From positions 33,046,001 through 33,110,000 of the forward strand of contig CM126220.1 of NCBI GenBank assembly GCA_052327205.1: a stretch of 64,000 nucleotides of DNA, read 5' to 3'. Positions 58,305 to 64,000 of this stretch are shown here, in pieces. The notes under the pieces are model-generated. The model had not been told where the DNA came from, searched no databases, and was given only the letters and a program-made list of their open reading frames with translations. Every line of letters begins with the position of its first letter. Position 1 is the stretch's first letter. Both the position numbers and the translations under genes were made by a program. This DNA is from Somniosus microcephalus (Eukaryota).

Positions 58305-61300
58305 TTAGATTTTTAAACCCAGTCTAAGAGCGAGCGTTAAAAAAACAACCCAGAAGGCTTTGTATCTTAATGCAAGGAACATTCGTAATAAGGTGGATGA
58401 ATTGGCTGCGCAAATAGAGGTAAACGAATATGATTTGGTTGGGATTACAGAAACGTGGCTCAAGGATGGCCAAGGCTGGGAACTCAACATCCAGGGGTAT
58501 TCGATATTCAGGAAAGATAGGCAAAAAGGAAAGGGAGGTGGGGTAGCATTACTGGTTAAAGAAGGGATAAACACAATTGTAAGGAAGGATATTAGCTCTG
58601 ATGATGTGGAATCTGTATGGGTAGAATTGAGAAATATTAAGGGGCAGAAAATGTTAGTGGGAGTGGTATATAGACCTCCAAACAGTAAGGCAGAGGTTGG
58701 GGATGGCATTAAAAGGGAAATTAAAGAAGCGTGCAATAAGGGCACAGCAGTCATCATGGGTGACTTTAATCTACATATAGATTGGGCTAACCAAATTAGT
58801 AACAATACTGTGGAGGAGGAATTCCTGGAGTGTTTACGGGATGGTTTCCTGGACCAATATGTCGAGGAACCAACCAGAGATCAGGCCATCTTAGACTGGG
58901 TATTATGTAACGAGAATTGATTAATTAGCAATCTTGTTGTACGAGGCCCCTTGGGTCAGAGCGATCATAATATGATCGAATTCTTCATTAAGATGGAGAA
59001 TGAAGTAGTTGACTCAGAGAAATTTAAGTAAAGGAAACTACGATGGTCTGAGGCGTGAGTTGGGTAGGATTGATTGGGGAATGTCACTCAAAGGGTTGAC
59101 GGTGGATAGGCAATGGCAAACATTCATAGACCGAATGGATGAACTACAGAATTTGTTCATCCCAGTTTGGCATAAAAATAAAACAAAAAAGGTGACTCAA
59201 CCGTGGCTAACAAGGGAAATTAGGGATAGCATAAGATCCAAGGAGAGGACATATAAATTGGCCAGAAAAAGCAATAATCCTGAGGATTGGGAGCAGTTTA
59301 TGATTCAACAAAGGAGGACAAAGGGAATAATTAAGAAGGGGAAATAGAATATGAGAGTAAGCTACAGGGAACATAAAAACTGACTGTAAAAGCTTTTATA
59401 CATATGTGAAGAGAAAAAGATTGGTGAAGTCAAGCGTAGGTCCCTTGCAGTCAGAATCAGGGGAATTTATAATGGGGAACAAAGAAATGGTTGACCAATT
59501 AAATACATATTTTGGTTCTGTCTTCACAAAGGAGGACACAAATAAACTCCCAGAGACGCCGGGGAACATAGGGTCTGATGAAAGGGTGGAACTAAAGGAA
59601 ATCAGTATTTGTGGGGAAATGGTGTTAGGAAAATTGATGGGACTGAAGGCCGATAAATCCCCAGGGCCTGATAATCTACATCCTAGGGTACTTAAGGAAG
59701 TGGCCCTAGAAATAGTAGATGCATTGCTGGTCATCTTCCAGAACTCGATAGACTCTGGAACAGTACCCATGGTTTGGAGAGTAGCTAATGTTACCCCACT
59801 ATTCAAAAAAGGTGGTAGAGAAAAAGCGGGGAATTATAGACCGGTAAGCCTGACATCGGTAGTGGGGAAAATGCTATAGTCCATTGTAAAAGATGTAATA
59901 GCAGAGCACTTGGAAAGCAGTGACAGGATCGGACAAAGTCAACATGGATTTACAAAAGGTAAATCATGCTTGACTAATCTACTGGAATTTTTTGAGGATG
60001 TAACTGGTAAAATAGATAAGGGAGAACCAGTGGATGTGGTGTATTTGGACTTTCAGAAGGCTTTCGATAAGGGCCCGCATAAGAGATTAGCGTGCAAAAT
60101 TAAGGCACATGGGATTGGGGGCAAGGTATTGACTTGGATAGAGAACTGGTTGGCGGATAGAAAGCAAAGAGTTGGAATAAACGGGTCATTTTCCAAGTGG
60201 CAGGCAGTGACTAGTGGGGTACCGCAAGGATCAGTCCTAGGACCCCAGCTGTTCACAATATATATTAATGAACTGGACAAGGGAATTGAATGTAATATCT
60301 CCAAATTTGCAGACGACACAAAGCTGGGTGGGCGTGTGTGCTGTGAGGAGGATGTCGTGAAACTCCAGTACGATTTGGACAGGTTGGGTGATTGGGCAGA
60401 AACATGGCAAATGCACTATAATGTGGATAAATGTGAGGTTATCTGTTGTGTATGTACCTTTAAGAGAATAACTGGTCTCAGACTGCAGTACCGGCAGTGA
60501 CCACCCCTGTATAAAAGGCGCTAGTGAGCCTCTGTGTTTTTAGTTTCACTATTGACTTCCACCAGTAAAGACTTATTTTGTTCACTCCTGCTGTCCGTGT
60601 CTCAATTATTCACGGACGTAACATTATCCACTTTGGTGGCAAAAACAGGAAGGCAGATTATTATTTGAATGGCAATAGATTGGGAGAAGGGGAAGTGCAA
60701 AGAGACCTGGGTGTTCTTGTGCACCAGTCGCTGAAGGTAAGCATGCAGGTGCAGCAGGCGGTTAAGAAGGCAAATGGTATGTTGGCCTTCGTAGCAAGAG
60801 GGTTCGAGTACAGGAACAAGGATGTCTTGCTGCAGTTGTACAGGGCCTTGGTGAGACCGCACCTTGAGTATTGTGTGCAGTTTTGGTCGCCTTATCTGAG
60901 GAAGGACGTTGTTGCCATGGAAGGAGTGCAGCGAAGATTCACCAGGCTGCTACCAGGGATGGCAGGAATGATGTATGAGGAGAGATTGTGTCGATTGGGC
61001 TTATACTCGCTGGAGTTTAGAAGATTGAGAGGGGATCTCATCGAAACCTATAAAATTCTGTCAAGCCTGGACAGACTAGATGCAGGAAGGATGTTTCCAA
61101 TGGCAGGGGAGTCCAGAACCAGGGGTCATAGTCTAAGGATAAGGGGTAAGCCATTTAGGACTGAGATGAGGAGGAATTTCTTCACCCAGAGAGTGGTGAA
61201 CCTGTGGAATTCTCTGCCACAGAGGGCGGTGGAGGCCAGTTCATTAAATATATTCAAGAAGGAGTTGGATATATTTCTTAAGACTAAAGGGATCAAGGGA

Positions 61301-61421
61301 TATGGGGAGAAGGCAGGGACAGGGTACTGAATTTGGATGATCAGCCATGATCTCATTGAATGGCGGAGCAGGCTCGAGGGGCCGAATGGCCTACTCCTGC
61401 TCCTATCTTCTATGTTTCTAT
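58305..61421 (+). mobile_element. CR1 LINE with nearly complete ORF2 (several stops), interrupted by a solo LTR
   Basis: APE (YLNARNIRNK, ITETWL, GDFN) and RT (FADD) motifs, C-terminus, and ttctatgtttcta tail. Same subfamily as the 26767 and 28873 copies. Confidence 0.92.
60444..60623 (+). mobile_element. Solo LTR, 180 bp, related to the element B LTR
   Basis: TG...CA ends, TSD TTATC (60439-60443, 60624-60628), TATAAAA and AGTAAA. Removing it restores the CR1 CEVIHFG. Confidence 0.88.
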
Positions 61422-62588
61422 CATGTATTAATAATATCAGTATCCTGTTCATATTATGGTGTATCTGTCTGAAATATGGCTTATTCCCTCACACCTTCAT
61501 GCCATTTAACGTCGTGTTCCACTGTGCGAGGTTAAGACAGGGTAGGCTTGAGCTTGACATTCAAAAATGGCAGCACTGGCGTCAAATCTGCATTGCACAC
61601 TGATTGACGTCATAATCTGCCTGCTCTGCATGCTGCTGGCGGTCGTTAGGTGCACACGTGCCTTTACCAAAATGGTACCTTGCGCACTTCCCGTTGGAAG
61701 TGTGCGCGCATCTCAGATGCTATTTTCCACCTAGGAGGCCACGTAACAGCTAAAAAAATGGGCACTGCACAAGCCCTATTTCTCCCCGCAAGTGTTTGAT
61801 TTCAATTTACGAGTTTCTGCTGTTCGGAGTTCATGAATTTGTATCGCACAAAACTGCAGAAGGAAACCTGGGAGTAGCTGTCAATTTGATTGGTGGGTGT
61901 TAGACATGGCCAGAAATATTGCAAAATGACCCAATTTTAGTACAAGAGGAAAATATACTCCATTGACAAAACAAAGGCATTTTACACAGAGGAGCAAAGG
62001 GAAAGTAGGAGGGTAAGCTGGGACAATGATCCTCGCCAATGCTGGGAAACAGGACATTAGTCCTCGTTGGCTGGCACTGAGCATAACAACATATTTGGTA
62101 CCCTTATGACACCGGGTTTATAATTAGGCACTTGGGACTTCTCCATTGCTTGTACTTTTATGGAGTTTAGTGGAGTTTAAGATTAAACTGAGACTATTAA
62201 ACCGAGTAACACTCGATCTTCAGAGCTGCACTTTCAGCAGTTCTCTCTGACTCTGCACTTCCATCGCTCAGCACAAGAATAACTTTAAATACTTTGCAAA
62301 ACGTTTACTTTTTTCTTCCCCAACTGGGTACAGCGAACTGCACAAATTGGGATACATGAGTTTTCTCCAGGTAGAGTACACAAGCTCTTTGGGAGTGGGG
62401 AGAATATGTATGAATCTGGTCTGGGGAGGAGAATTTAACCAGTTCAGGAAAGGGTACAAACCTTGTCCATGGGTATATAAGCCCTACCCATAGAGCGTAC
62501 AATTCCTGTCCAGAGGGTGTATGGAGGAGCAGAAGACCTGTTTGGGAAGACTATGAAGCATATCCAGAAAATGATAGACACCTTACTT

Positions 62589-63263
62589 GGGCTAGAAATT
62601 CGGTGCATTTGTGCCTCTCGTTAGTGCCCCTGAGGAGTGCTAACGGGGTGCAAACGACTTTTCGCCCGGGCGCAGCACAGCTAACGATTCCCGCTAAATT
62701 CAGTGGGTGGCGGTAATCGGTAACACCCCCCCCCCCCGCTCTACTGCACAGGCGATGACGACCTCATCACCGTGCGCGCCGTCCCGTTTTCGCACTACCT
62801 GCAAAATTGGCCTGCGCGCCCTGAATCGGTGGGAATGGAGCAGCAGGATGCTCGCTGGGGGCCAACTAAAGGGGAGGTGGTGGGCAGGGGAAAAAAATTG
62901 GCCGACTTACTTGTCGCGGCCTGTTACATCTTTGAACGCTAGGTCCATGCTGCGATCTGGCAGCCCGGCACTCCTCTTGTGTGCCGGACTGCTGGCACGG
63001 CACCCCACTCCCTGGGGGTCCAGGTAGGGCCCCGCAGAGTTGTGGGCTTGGGCCCTCCCCTTTAATGAGGGGAAAAGTCCTTCCATGCGGCACCGCTACG
63101 TGGCCCAGTGCGTAGCGCAGCAGAATGCACCGCCCCGATATTCGGGGTTAGTGCTCTAAGAGGGAAGTGGAGCGCTTGAATTAGCACCCCACCTCCCTCT
63201 TGGGGCACTAAAACTGAAGTTAGCAAGCGCCGGCGAAAAATGGTCCTAACTAATTTTTCCCCC
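62589..63263 (-). mobile_element. ~700-bp GC-rich Harbinger MITE family copy
   Basis: Ends gggctagaaattcg / ctaatttttccccc, TSD CTT. Colinear with 7197-7861. Confidence 0.78.
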
Positions 63264-63494
63264 CTTCTCTGTGGGTACATGAGTCTTGTCTGCAGAGTAT
63301 ACAATTTCTATCCGGAGGATGCCTGAGTTATGTCGTTGGGGAGGGAGTGTGAACCCTGTCCTTGGTGTATGAACCCTGACTGTGTAATGTGGAGGAGCTC
63401 ACCCATGGCCATGCTGAATTGCTTCACCTCTAATCACATCCTCCAGCTCTTACTAGATGTGTTTGGGCAGTTGATGACACAACTGGGCTGCCGT

Positions 63495-63898
63495 GTCTTC
63501 TCTTAGGCAGTCCCTCGGGACCGAGGATGATTGCTTCCACATTAAAAATCAGTTCTCAGGTGACTGATGAGTCCAATGCAGGACCTACAGTCTCTGTCAC
63601 AGGTGGGGCAGACGGTGGTTGAAGGGGCAGGTGGGTGGGGTGCTTGGGTTGACGTGCGCTCCTTGCGCTGCTTGCGCTTGGCTTTCGCTTGCACCCGGCG
63701 AACAGACTCGAGGTGTTCGACGCCTTCCCGAATGCTTCTCCTCCACTTTGTGCGGTCTTGGGCCAGGGATTGCCAGGTGTTGGTGGGGATGTTGCACTTT
63801 TTCAAGGAGGCTTTGAGGGTGTCCTTGAAGCATTTCCTCTGCACACCTGGGGCTCTCTTGCCATGTCAGAGCTCCGAGTAGAGCGCTTGTTTTGGGAG
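63495..63898 (-). mobile_element. RTE-clade LINE 3' fragment
   Basis: ORF reads RKCFKDTLKASLKKCNI...AQDRTKWRRSI...CPTCDRDCRSCIGLISHLRT. Paralogous to 2021-2280. Confidence 0.8.
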
Positions 63899-64000
63899 TA
63901 CCTTGCTGAAGATAAGCGTCCCACAGCAGAAGAAATATCATGCACCTCAATTAAATTAACTGACTCTGCAAAGAAGATACTGGCCCGGATTTTCCAATCG

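Overview
This is non-genic vertebrate DNA, most likely from a cartilaginous fish (shark), judged from HE1/V-SINE and SacSINE1-type DeuSINE copies and shark-type CR1 LINEs. It is almost entirely nested transposable elements: CR1, Rex1/Babar, RTE, L2 and Penelope retroelements, three Gypsy LTR elements plus three solo LTRs, three PIF/Harbinger DNA transposons (one with an intact transposase) and many Harbinger-type MITEs. No host gene could be supported. The standout is a very young Gypsy element (33663-38565; identical 254-bp LTRs, ATAAG TSD). Its single open 1007-codon ORF encodes Gag and protease but has no RT, RNase H or integrase. In their place is an in-frame mosaic of what look like captured host coding fragments: STK10, ANKRD24 (twice), EVI5, optineurin and DNAJC21. 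These host-gene identifications come from my recollection of the human proteins and need BLAST confirmation.
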